DNA of 59,409 nucleotides, from NCBI GenBank assembly GCA_001662655.1, contig KV460234.1; one strand, given 5' to 3'. Shown in pieces: positions 1 to 11,492 of this stretch; the first letter of the stretch is position 1, and every line of letters starts with the position of its first letter. The notes under the pieces are model-generated. The model worked only from the letters and a program-made list of their open reading frames with translations. It had not been told where the DNA came from and did no database searches. A program made the translations under genes and the position numbers. This DNA comes from Pseudogymnoascus verrucosus. Taxonomy: Eukaryota.

Positions 1-145
1 CAGGCGGCAGGCGCGACACGCGTGACAAGGCTGGTCTTTCTTGCCAAATCTCAAATCTCAAATCTCAAATCACGTGGGCTAGCTAGACAAGGCTTTCTCT
101 TTCGTAATCACATCCTCCCCCCCTTCCAGATAGATACCCGTATAC

Positions 146-1350
146 TCACTGGCTACCCTGCTCAACTACCCCCTCGACATCGTCTTCCCCCTCCACCAAC
201 ACCCTCTTTCCTTCTACATTCTTCTCTACCTCATCCACCAAGCTCTCCAGAAACGCCTTGTCCCTAAACAAGCACCATTAGCCACATGCACCACTCCCAC
301 TATGCACTGCCAACACTTACCTCCCAACCAGCGTCACTGTATTCGACCCCTTCCCGAACCTCGGGTAGCTCCCAACCTTCACCCCCTTCTCCTCCACCCT
401 CGCCTGTAGCTTCTCCAAGTACGGCGCCACAGCACTCTCACTCATCGGCGTACTAATCATCACCCTCCTTATCTCCTCCCCCAACCTCTCCCCATACAAC
501 TCCCCCAGACCCAACAGCAACTTCTCAAACAACCTCGGCACCCCAGGAAGAACATGCACATTCCCCCCCACACACACAACCGGCACCCACAGCTCCTCAA
601 CCGGGAACAGCACCTGGTCCTTCCACTCCTTCCCCTCCCCCCCATCCCCAGCCAGCGGCAACAGCACCATCCGTTCCTTGGCCCGACGCGCCTCGCTGTC
701 TACAGTCCAATCGAAGTTCGGCTGCGACTTGTGCGGTTTCGCCAGCCGGCGCATGCGCGCATAGGCGACCTCGTGCAGCACGAGCGGGACACCGAATGCT
801 GTTGCTAATGAGGAGTACGTGATATCATCGTGGGTAGGTCCGATGCCGCCGCTCGTGATGACGAAGTCGTATGCGGCGCTCAGGCGTTTCGCGGACTCGG
901 CGATCGTGTCGGCGTCGTCGGGGATGGTCTCGATGCGCTGGAGGGCCTGGATGGGGGGGTTAGCTTATGCATAGATGCGGGAGGGGCGTAGGGTAGGGAA
1001 AACGCACGACGCCGTGGGAGAAACACCATTTGGCCATGAATGCCGAGTTTGTCTGTGCGTGTGTCAGCACGCATGCTCGCTCTAGCCGTCGATCGATCGC
1101 CAATTAGACTGTGCGCGGGCCGAGATTTCTCACATCTACTGTCTGAGCATCATTAGCTTGTTACTTCATCCCAGCTGGCTGTTCTAGAACCACATACCTT
1201 CCCCCCCAGCACCTCGTCCCCGATAATCAGGCACGCGGCCGTACGGATCATTCTAGTCCCCGACATGCCGCCCGCAGCTGCAGACGTATGTGCGTAGTTT
1301 GGTAGTGAGCGCGAGAAGTGGCGCGCGATGTGTGAGACGCGGGAGAACAT
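146..1350 (-). CDS. Molybdopterin-binding (MoCF_biosynth/CinA-like) domain protein, FAD pyrophosphatase FPY1-like; multi-exon with a 9-nt micro-exon
   Basis: Spliced translation gives [28 protein letters not shown]...RIETIPDD...VITSGGIGPTHDDITY...NVHVLPGVPRLF...KVGSYP, hallmark motifs of the family. Last exon DKAFLESL...GSQ* ends at TGA 148-146. Arg/Ser-rich N-terminus looks like a mitochondrial presequence. Confidence 0.85.
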
Positions 1351-1645
1351 GCGGATCTATTTGTATGCAACGTAGGGATTCGGTGAGGTTGGTGGAGGCG
1401 CGCGGATATATTTTTGGTATGCAGGTGTGGAGGGGACCTGTTGGTGCGGGGTCGGCGAGTGCGGCTACGCTGTTGGCGAGCGGGAAGCCCCGCATGACGC
1501 TGAGGGGCTGAGGGGCAGTTTAACTTCCACGGATTGTGTGCTGTTACGTAGCCGCGACAGACGTCGAGAATACCCCCAGCCTCATCGATTGCTATATCGG
1601 AAATACCTCTTATTATTCTTATACCTCTTCTCCCATACCCATAAA

Positions 1646-2353
1646 ATGGTGCGATGAATCGTCCCCTACTCCCAAGACCCACACCTAACCATGCCCACAG
1701 GCTTCAGAGTCCCGCCTTTACACGGTATCGACGCCGACAAAAGAGCATCTCCGCAAATTCAGACTCTCTACAAGCCGTTCCGATAAACCTCAAGCTGTGA
1801 TATGTATGTCGCTTGCCGCCTCCTGTCACACACTTCACAGCCCTCTCTCATTCTCCATTTCCTCAGCCATTCCGTCATCCCACGCTGCACAATTCAGCTC
1901 GAAGCCCAGCTAACACAACCGCAAAGACCTAATCGACAAAGTCACCCTCGAAATCCGCCTCGACGACGAGGGAATCGTATACCATGACCTCGAAGAGCTA
2001 GGCGAAGAGCTCCCCGACCACGCCCCGCGTTTCATACTCCTGAGCTACCCACTGACACTGGTGAGTCCCTCATCCCACTCTTCGACACCCCCTCTCTCCC
2101 AACCACCCTCGCCTTCCCCAACCAAACTTAACCTCCCTACACACCCACGCTAACACCCCTCCAGTCCTCAGGCCGCCTCTCAGTCCCCTACGTCCTTCTC
2201 TACTACCTCCCCGCCACCTGCAACGCCGAGGCGCGCATGTTATACGCTGGTGCAAAGGAGCTACTCCGCGGCGAGGCGGGTGTGGGGCGTGTGATTGAGA
2301 TTGAGAGTGCGGAGGATTTAGCTGAGATCAAGGAGAAGCTGGGTGGAGAGTGA
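1646..2353 (+). CDS. AIM7: Glia maturation factor (ADF-H family) Arp2/3 debranching protein, Aim7/GMF1-like; 4 exons
   Basis: ATG-only first exon 1646-1648, intron 1649-1700, then ASESRLYTVS...HLRKFRLSTSR...ELPDHAPRFILLSYPLTL / SSGRLSVPYVLLYYLPATCNAEARMLYAGAKELL...*. PRFILLSYP and MLYAGAK are GMF motifs. Not seen in the ORF track because of introns. Confidence 0.88.
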
Positions 2354-2589
2354 TGTATATACTGGGGTCAGAGTGGATGGGGTGGTGTTGGGGGAGGCGG
2401 GGGCGCGGGGGGGTATTATTCCATGAATATAAATACGATTTTTACGTTCGTTCTTCGGTTCTCTTGTGTGAGCTCGGCTAGGTAAAGATCAAAGCTGTCG
2501 GGGAGTCAACGTGAGGAATTCCGAAGGGAAAGACTGGTTTCAGAAGCTCGAAGGCTGGAAATCGATCAGAGAGGCCAAAATGGGAAAAT

Positions 2590-2668
2590 AGACTATCAGT
2601 CACTGACGTTCAAAGCAAGACGATCAGTCAGTAAAGTTCAAGGTAGGACTACTAGTCACTGAAGTAGG
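2590..2668. repeat. Degenerate 28-bp tandem repeat, about 3 units
   Basis: AGACTATCAGTCACTGACGTTCAAAGCA / AGACGATCAGTCAGTAAAGTTCAAGGTA / GGACTACTAGTCACTGAAGT starting at 2590, 2618 and 2646. Confidence 0.6.
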
Positions 2669-2872
2669 AAATAAGAAGGCGCGGGACTAGGACCAAGTCT
2701 AAGTAAATACAGTCCCAGTCGCAACTGCCTCACTATATATATTATTGTTAATAGCTATTACCAGTTCCTTCACCTACCTCGTTTCAAAGAGCAAGTTAAA
2801 CTAAGCCTGTCCTTTAAAGCCGCGTAATACATCATATAATAATCCTAGCTCGTCACCTCAGCTACAATATGC

Positions 2873-3583
2873 TCAATTATCAGCTACGATCTGCTCAACT
2901 ATCTTTGCAGTGCGCTCGTTTGCTACCACCGAACGTTCCATGTATGCTACTCTACGTTCCATCGCTTCTGCCCAATATTTCGCATCATCTGCCGCCCGTT
3001 TGAGGATATCCATCTGCGTATTCTGCGTAAGGTCTTTCTCAACTCGGGGTTTAGCCTGCGGCTCCTTCTTCTCTCCAGGTAGAAAGGTTATGCGGACCTC
3101 CTCCTTAGCCCTGAGCCCCCTTCTGATATTAAAAGTAATTCCCTCGTCCCGATCAATCTGTTCTTGAAGGTCATTAAGTTCTACCTTGATAGCTCGGGCT
3201 ATAAGCAGCTCGAGCAGATGCACTGTGCGCTTCGTGGCTGCTCTCGAACGATTCGTCAATATTATTATTCTTTTGGTCGCTACTGTCGTACGTTCCGTTG
3301 CGTCTCTTATCTGTTTGACCAGCTCTCTTGCTGTTGGGTTTTTCTCTGAGCCAGATTTGGCCTGTGGTTCCTTCTTCTCGTTGCATGGTGGGGGCGGGCC
3401 CGTATTCTCCGTTTCTTGGAATCTCTTCTTCTCATCGTATGGTGGGAGCGAGCAGGTACTCTCCTTGGATTGAAATCTCTTCTTCTCGTCGTTTAGTACG
3501 AGTGGGCCGGATTCCTCCCCAGCGTCGCCTATTGAACGCGGCTGCAGCCCGATCGATCGGAGGAGGGTTTTGAGAAGCCCCAT
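2873..3583 (-). CDS. Hypothetical 236-aa protein with 18-aa internal repeats and predicted helical segments
   Basis: Single uninterrupted ORF in GCCATGG context. Repeats NDEKKRFQ../YDEKKRFQ../NEKKEPQAK, with EKKEPQAK repeated later. No family recognised. Confidence 0.6.
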   Translation of the reverse strand: MGLLKTLLRSIGLQPRSIGDAGEESGPLVLNDEKKRFQSKESTCSLPPYDEKKRFQETENTGPPPPCNEKKEPQAKSGSEKNPTARELVKQIRDATERTTVATKRIIILTNRSRAATKRTVHLLELLIARAIKVELNDLQEQIDRDEGITFNIRRGLRAKEEVRITFLPGEKKEPQAKPRVEKDLTQNTQMDILKRAADDAKYWAEAMERRVAYMERSVVANERTAKIVEQIVADN

Positions 3584-3859
3584 GGCAGAGCAGTTATTTT
3601 CAAATCGGCCGGTGTGTTTCAGGGCGCTCTAGAGATGTGGAGTTGTTGGGGGTGGAAGTTGGCTACGCTGACGGGAATGAGGGTGATATGAGAGCCGTCT
3701 TTCTAGTGTCATGAATGCATCAATATCAGACCACGAATGGTCCGACCCAACATAACATTCGATGCCACCGCACTATAGTCCTCATAATACATTTATATCC
3801 CCCCCTCCGCATCAACCCAAGCTCAGCTTCCAGTCCATCCCCCCGCCAAACATCCCAAC

Positions 3860-5023
3860 ATGTCGTCCACCAACGCCCCCGTTCTCAAACCCCCCATCTG
3901 GTCCCTCCAAACCCCCTCAATCCGCTGGCTCCTCTCCGGCGCCCTCCTCTCCCTCGCCATGCTCCAACTCCGCCCCTCCCCCCCTCCCCCCGACACCTCC
4001 CCCCTCTCCCAGCTCCCCCCCGAGCTCCTCCTCCGCATAACTACCTACCTCCCCCCCACCTCCGCCGCCTCCTTCGCCCTCTGCACCAAGCGCCTCCACG
4101 CCCTCCTCTGCATCCCCTACCTTCGATGCAAGAACGGGCACGCCCCCTTCAGCAAAGCCGAGTTCCTCCGCCTCCTCGAGCGGGACCTCCCAGACTACAT
4201 CGTCTGCTACTACTGCGAGAAGCTGCATTCCATCAAGCGCGCGGGACGGCACGTCAAGTTCACGAAACGGTGTGATTCCAAAGTCAACGAAGCGATGCGC
4301 ACTTACATCCACCCGCGCTTCAGCTACGTGGTCTTCCAAATGCTAATGAAGCGGCACCGACAAGATCCCTCTCGCGACCTCTCATCCTTACTAAACCTCC
4401 TCTCCTACAACGAGTGGAGCTGGATCGGCCCGGATGAGACAAAGACCACAGCCCGCATCGTCGATGGCTCCTTACTCCTCCGCCAACAACACACGCTCCT
4501 CGTTCACCCGAATAACGATATGTGCTTCACCCACGATAACATCATGATATGTCCGCACATCGCGCAGCTGCGCTGTAAAATCAACTGCTCCGCCAGCGGC
4601 GCAGAGAGGTATAGTATGTGCTACACGGGCGACAGGGTTGACATTGACCGCACGCCCACGTCTGTGGAATGCGAGTGCTGTTCCCAGCGCGGGAAGACAG
4701 ATGAGGGGAGTTGGTCCGGGTTGATAAGGTGTAGAGACTGCGCGACGGAGTTTCGGATTGATACGCTTGGGGTGGGGAAGGCGGGGAAGGCGTTTGTGGT
4801 GACGAGGTGGAAGGATTTGGGGGAGGGGAGGGATGGGGAGGATCCGGTTTGGAGGGGGCATGTGGAGAGGCGGGGGGGAGGGGGGGTGGGGAGGAGGGCG
4901 GGGGGGAGGACGATTTGTAAGAGGTTTGAGGGGGAGGGGTGGAGGGGTGGGTTGGAGTCGTTGGTTAGTTCGAGGGAGATGAAGAGGTTGGTGAGGTATA
5001 GGTATGGTTTTTGTGAAGTATGA
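3860..5023 (+). CDS. F-box domain protein with Cys-rich C-terminal region
   Basis: PLSQLPPELLLRITTYLPPTSAASFALCTKRL is an F-box signature. It is followed by FLRLLERDLP..CYYCEKLH and CRDCATEF..VVTRWKDLG, typical of expanded fungal F-box families. Confidence 0.85.
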   Translation: MSSTNAPVLKPPIWSLQTPSIRWLLSGALLSLAMLQLRPSPPPPDTSPLSQLPPELLLRITTYLPPTSAASFALCTKRLHALLCIPYLRCKNGHAPFSKAEFLRLLERDLPDYIVCYYCEKLHSIKRAGRHVKFTKRCDSKVNEAMRTYIHPRFSYVVFQMLMKRHRQDPSRDLSSLLNLLSYNEWSWIGPDETKTTARIVDGSLLLRQQHTLLVHPNNDMCFTHDNIMICPHIAQLRCKINCSASGAERYSMCYTGDRVDIDRTPTSVECECCSQRGKTDEGSWSGLIRCRDCATEFRIDTLGVGKAGKAFVVTRWKDLGEGRDGEDPVWRGHVERRGGGGVGRRAGGRTICKRFEGEGWRGGLESLVSSREMKRLVRYRYGFCEV

Positions 5024-6380
5024 GAGGCTCGTGTATAGGAACAGTTGCTATAATCACTTGCAAATTCTATAGTAATTAAAGGATGTTGTATTATAGGAAT
5101 AGTTACTGTTCATAGTTAGCACTCATATAGATAGTAACTAAGCAGCTTCCTTATAGGCACAGTCTCTATAGACACTTACTACTTTCATAGTAGCTGAGAA
5201 GTTTCCCTATAGACATGGTCGACTGGCCCGGGCAACATAGCGGGTTGCCCTTGATTGGATGTGTGCACTATCTGACCGAATATCCGGAGCATCATCCTCC
5301 TCTGAACGACCCGAGATATCCCAAGGCAAAAACCAAACGCTTCAGACACTCACCTCGCCCCCTTACGCACCAGTCACCCACACCACCCCCTTTCCACGTC
5401 AGTAACTCAACGATCAACATCACACTCACAGCCCCCCCACACAAGAAAACAGCATATAGACGGTAGAATCATTCATATTCAGGGGTCAGACACCCACCCC
5501 CCCCATCTTCACCTATCTAACCCCTCCCCCGTCTTCCCATCTATCCCTACCCCATCATTTTTCACCCCCCCTCCTCCCATCCCACCAAAAAAGGACTCGA
5601 CAGCCCTGAAAGTATACACAAGAAACCCTCCCCCCCGCCTTTCCTCCTCTACTGCCCCGCCCCTTCCTTCTTGGGCTCTCTCCCTCCCGACCTCGCGCAC
5701 AGGAACTGAATCGCTGGAAATGGAGACCCGGACACCCGTGCATGTGGTAAAGCGATTAATAAAATGAAAACAAGGATGAAAAAGAAGATTGCCCATCCGC
5801 CCGTACACGCATTTTCGGTTCTCTCCGCGCTCGATCGAGACCTGGAGAGCTCTCATCGAGGTGTCGTTTGGTAGGAGCTGAGATGCCGACGGCTGGGGAG
5901 AGATGCTGGCGCGGTGACGGATGGTGAATGCAGACTGAGTTGGGATGACGCGATCGCTGACGGAGAATGCTCGAAAAAACCAAAATCAAGAGTCGAGGTG
6001 AGGTGAGGAGAAGATGGTAGACCCGAACGTGATGAAGTCGACGGGCCTAGTTGCAATAAAAAGATATGCAAAAATTGTTTCTGTTAAATGTTGAAGAGGG
6101 CGGGTTGGGTATCGTTAAAGTCGTGATATTCGTGATGATGATGGAAGTAGATTTGAATACTTTGATTTTCTCTCTCGGTTTGCGGGGGTTTTTTCTTTCT
6201 TGGTTTGGTTTGGTGAGCATCGATCGGTATGGTATGGTCGTCGTAAAGGCTGCGTTTGGATGAAGAGACGTGGTGCTCGACATGTGACTAGCCTTGGACA
6301 AACACCGTGCAACAATCCTCCGTCAGCATATCGCCGACAAGTTGTTCGTTATATCAAAGTCAGAGACCGCGCGGCGGCTG

Positions 6381-7259
6381 CTATGACTTCGCCTCAGCAG
6401 AGGAGAGAGCCAGCGCCGCGAGCTTCTCCTCCACACGACGGAGCACCTCGGGATCCGGTTGCGGCTCGATCTTTCTCGGCGGGGCGCGCGCGCACTCGGT
6501 GCACTTCTCGTGGGTGCAGTTTACGCACTTCGCTTCGTCGAGGGGGAACACCTTCTCGCACTCGTGGCAGGTGTAGTAGGCGTTCTTCTCGCCGAAGACG
6601 TCGTTGGGGTAGCCGTAGGGGAACTTGTGGGCCTTGGGTCTGTGGTTGCGTTAGTATGGGTAGGTAGGTTGGGGGGAGATTAAAGCCAGGAGAAGATAGT
6701 GGACGACGTACGGGTCTCGTGGGCAGTCGGTACAGCGGATGTGTCCGCACTCGGTGCAGGTCTTGGTGGGAGGGTAGAAGAGGGTACCGCAGCAGTGGCA
6801 GTTTCTCCGCACGCGCTGGACGGGCTTCTTGAGGACGAGTTCTTGCTTCGATGTCCGCGCGGGTCTGGTGATTTGCAGGCGGTACTTCTCGGGTTTCTCG
6901 ACGACTACGTTGATGGGGGCGTTCTCGTCGCCATCGACCTTCTTTGGGAACTTGGAACTCTCTCCGGTCTCCGCGGCTGGGGTTGGCTTTGCTGCCTCCT
7001 TCAACGACGAAGCAGCGGCTGCTGTTGCGGAGCTGTACGGTGGTTAGTATAATTAATATATAAAAAACGATAGGTATAGTTGTCATAACACTAACCTTAC
7101 AACAGCTGCAGGTTTCGCTGCAGCGGCCAACGAAAGTCGCTTCTGCGCACTGCTCGAACTCGACTTTCCGATCGCCTTCTTAAACCTCTCGACATACTTC
7201 TCAAACCCCTTCTTCTTCTCCAGCGGCACCTCCGGTCCGATATTCTGCGGCGCACTCAT
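6381..7259 (-). CDS. Hypothetical protein with two CxxC...CxxCxHxxCxxC zinc-binding repeats; 3 exons
   Basis: Exon 1 MSAPQNIGPEVPLEKKKGFEKYV..., exon 2 ...KPVQRVRRNCHCCGTLF...CTECGHIRCTDCPRDP, exon 3 PKAHKFPYGYP...CHECEKVF...CVNCTHEKCTECARAPPRK...AKS*. Introns are canonical with branch sites. Confidence 0.75.
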
Positions 7260-8253
7260 CCTGGCTTAAAATATCCTAATCGACCCTTAAATTCGTCGGG
7301 CGCAAAAGATCGTGGAGCCTGGAGTGTTTCCCAAGGCTTTTACCAAGACATGCGAGTTTTCCGAGGGATGGATGGATGTCGACGACGTTCTTTGTAGCTG
7401 TCTACCTCTTCTAAGACTCGGACCGTCCTTGTGTAACCCGAGAAATCTTCAGCGGATCGGTATCGGTAATAGGGTTTCGTGGTGACCGAGTTGACGGGAT
7501 TGTTGGGTGAAGTGATAGGTCAATCGGCGACCGTCTGCCGAGACACGAGCGAAAAGTGACGAGGAGTTCGGAGATTGCTGTGGCAGGTACACAGGTAGTT
7601 GGAAGCGACAGGAGAAGTGATGGCAAGTGTTGAAGTCGGTGAGGTGAGGTTCTGGACGGAGAGATATGTTGTCGAAGTTGGTCGGGAGTGAAGATCGATG
7701 TGAAGGTTTGAAAGAAGGACGGGAAATGGTGGGTAGTTAGAGTAGTTAGAGTAGTTGGAGTAGTAGTGAAGAGAGTTGTCTAGTGAAGTACAGGTTGGTG
7801 TACTATAGTACAGTAGTATTTGTTCGTACTGCACCAGAGGGACCTAGGGAGCAAAAGCTGAGACGGGATACGCTGATCAGACCCCTTCCCAGAGACCAAA
7901 GCGCCGGGCAAAGGCAGAAGTGGAGCGTGGAGTTGATGTACCCGCACAAGGTCTGTTCTTCGCTGGATCGTCGGGATAACGGGGAAATAGAGAAGTCGAG
8001 AAGTGGGTTTTAGTGAGTGAGATGGGTATGGGTTATGGGTATGGGTAAGAGTAAGAAGAGTAAGAGATGAAAGTAAGTCAGAGTGGAGGGAAGTGTAGTA
8101 GATCGATCAGGTTTCAGTTGTTGAAGAGAGAAGATTTTCTTTCTTTTTTTCGCCACAACTGCACGGCAAGTGAAGGCAGAGAGAGAGACAAGGAAGTATC
8201 AGATGACGGGGTGGACAGCAGGTTGTGTGAGGTTTAACAGGAGAGAGTGAGTC

Positions 8254-8320
8254 GAGTAAGTAGAGTAAGTAGAGTAAGTAGAGTAAGTAGAGTAGGTAGA
8301 GTAAGCAGAGTAAGTAGAGT
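8254..8320. repeat. 9-bp minisatellite (AGTAAGTAG), about 7 units
   Basis: Tandem units read directly, two with single substitutions. Confidence 0.85.
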
Positions 8321-9223
8321 ACTTGGTATAAAAGTACCATACGGGAGTAACTCCGACAAGCGGGAAGGCATAGAAGGGTGAACGGGAAGGGGAGGGAAGG
8401 GGGCCAAGGTTAGTGGCCAAACGTTTGATAGGGGATAGATAGGCGGGCAAAGAGTTGGCGCAGAACGCAGAGAACTTGTAAGGACTGGGGTTTGATGGTT
8501 GTGGGGTTTGGGGGGAAAGAGTGGAGGGTGGAGGGGGGCGATTTATTGGGGATTATTGGGAGTTAACTGGTAATTGTCAGCGGTTGATGGGTTTGATGGG
8601 CTTAATGGGATTATGGGTTTGTCGGGCGGGCGGGAGGAGACAAAGGAAGTGGGGAGAGTTAGAGAGGAGGAGGAGTTTAGAGAGGATAGATACTTTGGTG
8701 TTGAGTGGTGTATGGGCCGGGAACAGAAGTACCGTGTGCAAATTGTGTAGATTGTATAATGAGCAGCATTGAAGCATACGTACGCGTACATCATATAGTA
8801 CAGTGCGAGTATTCCCTATTGTAGTAAGAAATTGAAGAAATCGTGCGGGTTTCTAGTGTGGTGGTACAGCAGCATACGGACGGACTAGATGTGTTGTGTT
8901 GCGTGGTATGTGTGATGCTATGCAGTGCAAACCGGTATAGTCAGTGGTCGGTGGTCGTCGGTCGGGAACCGTCAAGATGTGTAGAGATGATGTGTATAGT
9001 ACAGTATAATTGGACGGAGTATGACAGTATAGATGTGTATAGCACTGTGTATAGCACAGTATAATTGGTATAATGGGTATAATTGGACAGAGCATGGACG
9101 GAGCATAGACAGAGCATGTTAGTACAGACAAGCCATGTACCTGAATGAAATTCTTCAGCGGGTAGGCACAGCGAATCAGTGTAGATACCAGCAATAATTA
9201 CCAGCAGGGTCGTACCTTCACTC

Positions 9224-9270
9224 TAAAATACTACACCTAAAATACTACACACCACCTAAAATACTACACC
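9224..9270. repeat. Short tandem repeat (CTAAAATACTACAC) x3
   Basis: Read directly from the sequence. Confidence 0.7.
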
Positions 9271-10854
9271 ACTCCACTACGCACGTATGTACTGGTCGAC
9301 CAACCAAGCTTCATCGACACGCACTCCGTACACCAGACGGAGGCGGGTAGCGCGTCTTGGCTTGACCATCTCACGGAAATAGTGTAAAGCCCGGCGGTAT
9401 GGTCTGTGAGGGCGAGAGAGAGCCTGCAAGGTCTGACTAATGCCAACCACACTAGCTGTTCCTAGCTGTTCTACAGTACGTCCTCGACCAGGGTTATCGA
9501 CTAGTCGCCTCGGCGGGCTGGGTGATGGCTTTCCTGGGGATTACCGTATTCTGGTTCTGCGTGAAGTTAGACAGACTAGACAGACAGACAGGCAGATATC
9601 ACAGTAGTAATGTAAGAATGCCGATAGTGCTTATAGTGCTGATAGTGCTGATAGTGCTGATTATCCAGCTCCGTACTACGGATTACTAGACGTGTGAAGA
9701 GTGCAGTTGGTGCTGACGGCTGATAGACATGAGCTTGTCTAGTTTGCTTGCTCCGTCGGTGCACGTACGCACGCACGCACGCACATCATCAACTCTTGGT
9801 GCTTGGGTTTTATCCCGACGGTCGAGGGGCTGGGAATACACTGGATCCCATCCCGTAGGTAGGTAGTAAGTAGTAGTGTAGTCGACCCGACGAACCTTAC
9901 ATTTTGTAGTAGTAGGTGCCCATTTCTACTGGGTAGGACACAGGGACACAGGGAAGGTACATGCGGACACCACAATACTTTGCTGTGCATTGCATGTACT
10001 CTACTGTACTGTACACTTCATAGCTCTGCACACCTTCCAACTTGAGTCCAATACAGCGAGTGGCCACACGAGAATGCGAAAAGTACTACTCTACTCTACT
10101 ACCCTCCTTCCTCGAACCAACCACATGAGACAATGACATGTGCCTTCCCTTCCCGCCCTCCCTCCCTCCTCCCTCCCTTCCCTTCCCTTCCTTCTCCAAC
10201 CCATCCCGTTCACACACATACCACGATCCCACACATCCACGATCCCACCCACCCACCACCACCACCTATCACTACCCACCATCCACATTCACGCCAATCT
10301 CCCAATTCCCATTCCCAGCTCAACCCGCATCCATCCCATCCCATCCCCACCACCACCGGCTCCCTGGCCCGCCCGTACTCCACTCCTCACGCCACTCCTC
10401 TTCTCTTCAACTGACAGACATGCTCATGCTCATGCCCATGCTCAGAATACACGTGCGTGGGCACTTCCGTTCTACACCACCAGGAGAGAAGCACGATGGC
10501 GGGAGTTAGTAACTGAGGCCACCATACACTGCACTACCACACGCAGATAGAGTGGAAGGCACACACCAGTGCAGCCAAGCCAACACCATCATCCACCATC
10601 GTCCCAACCCAACCTGGAAACCTTGCTTCTCTCCCAATATAAACTCGCACCACGGTCTGAATCTTAGGGTTCGGATGACGGAGAGATGAGAGAGCCAACG
10701 CGTGGAGGACATTTATCCACAGCTGCGGCGTCATGTCCGATACTACAGTGCAGTAGAGTGGAGTGCAGCAGTGCATCTAGAATCAAAAATAAATCCCTCT
10801 AACAATAACCCTCATCACCACGGGTCTCGGAGTCAGTTCCATCCTTCTCGCGTG

Positions 10855-11492
10855 CTATACAACATCAGAAGATGGTGAGCCTGAGTCCGAAATAGGGATA
10901 TTGGGTTTCCGCCGGCCCGTTCGTGGCGTTGTGGGTGGTGGTGGGATAGCGGAGGATGCCGTATCAGCAGCACATTGCCTCGCAGGTCGTTTTGCCAACG
11001 GTGCCACTTCGTCTTCTGATTCTCGCTCAGGCAGTGTGGTGTTGTCGGAGTCGTATTTATCTGATGGGGATGTACTCTCTCTCTTGGCCACCTCTTCCCT
11101 TCCCTTCTTCCCTACAACCCCCCCTTCCTCCTCCTCATCATCATCCCCCTCCCCCCCACCACCACCAACCTCACCCCTCTTCCTCTTAGCACCCCCCTCC
11201 CCTCCCCCCTTCTCACCAGCAGCCCGTTGAAACGGCGTCCCATGCGTCCCTATCAGCGTCCCGCTCTCGATCTGGCGACGTAGACGGGTATAGCGCATTC
11301 GGGCGGCGGGGGCTTTGAGGTTTGTGACTTCGCCGACGGCGTTGAAGTCGATCTATGTAGGGTTTTAGCATAAGTCCAAGGATGTAAGTGTCTCAATGAT
11401 GTAGGTATGTGACGTACGTTCTTGTAGTCGGATTTTTGGAGGCAGATGTAGAGGAACCAGAGGTTTTCGTCGAGTTGGATTTTTGAGGGCAT
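10855..11492 (-). CDS. Small fungal Myb-like DNA-binding domain protein; 2 exons
   Basis: MPSKIQLDENLWFLYICLQKSDYKN / intron 11417-11353 / IDFNAVGEVTNLKAPAARMRYTRLRRQIE matches the fungal FL..C....idf..va......aa.mRy.Rl Myb-like pattern. The tail is disordered, acidic and Gly-rich. Confidence 0.75.
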
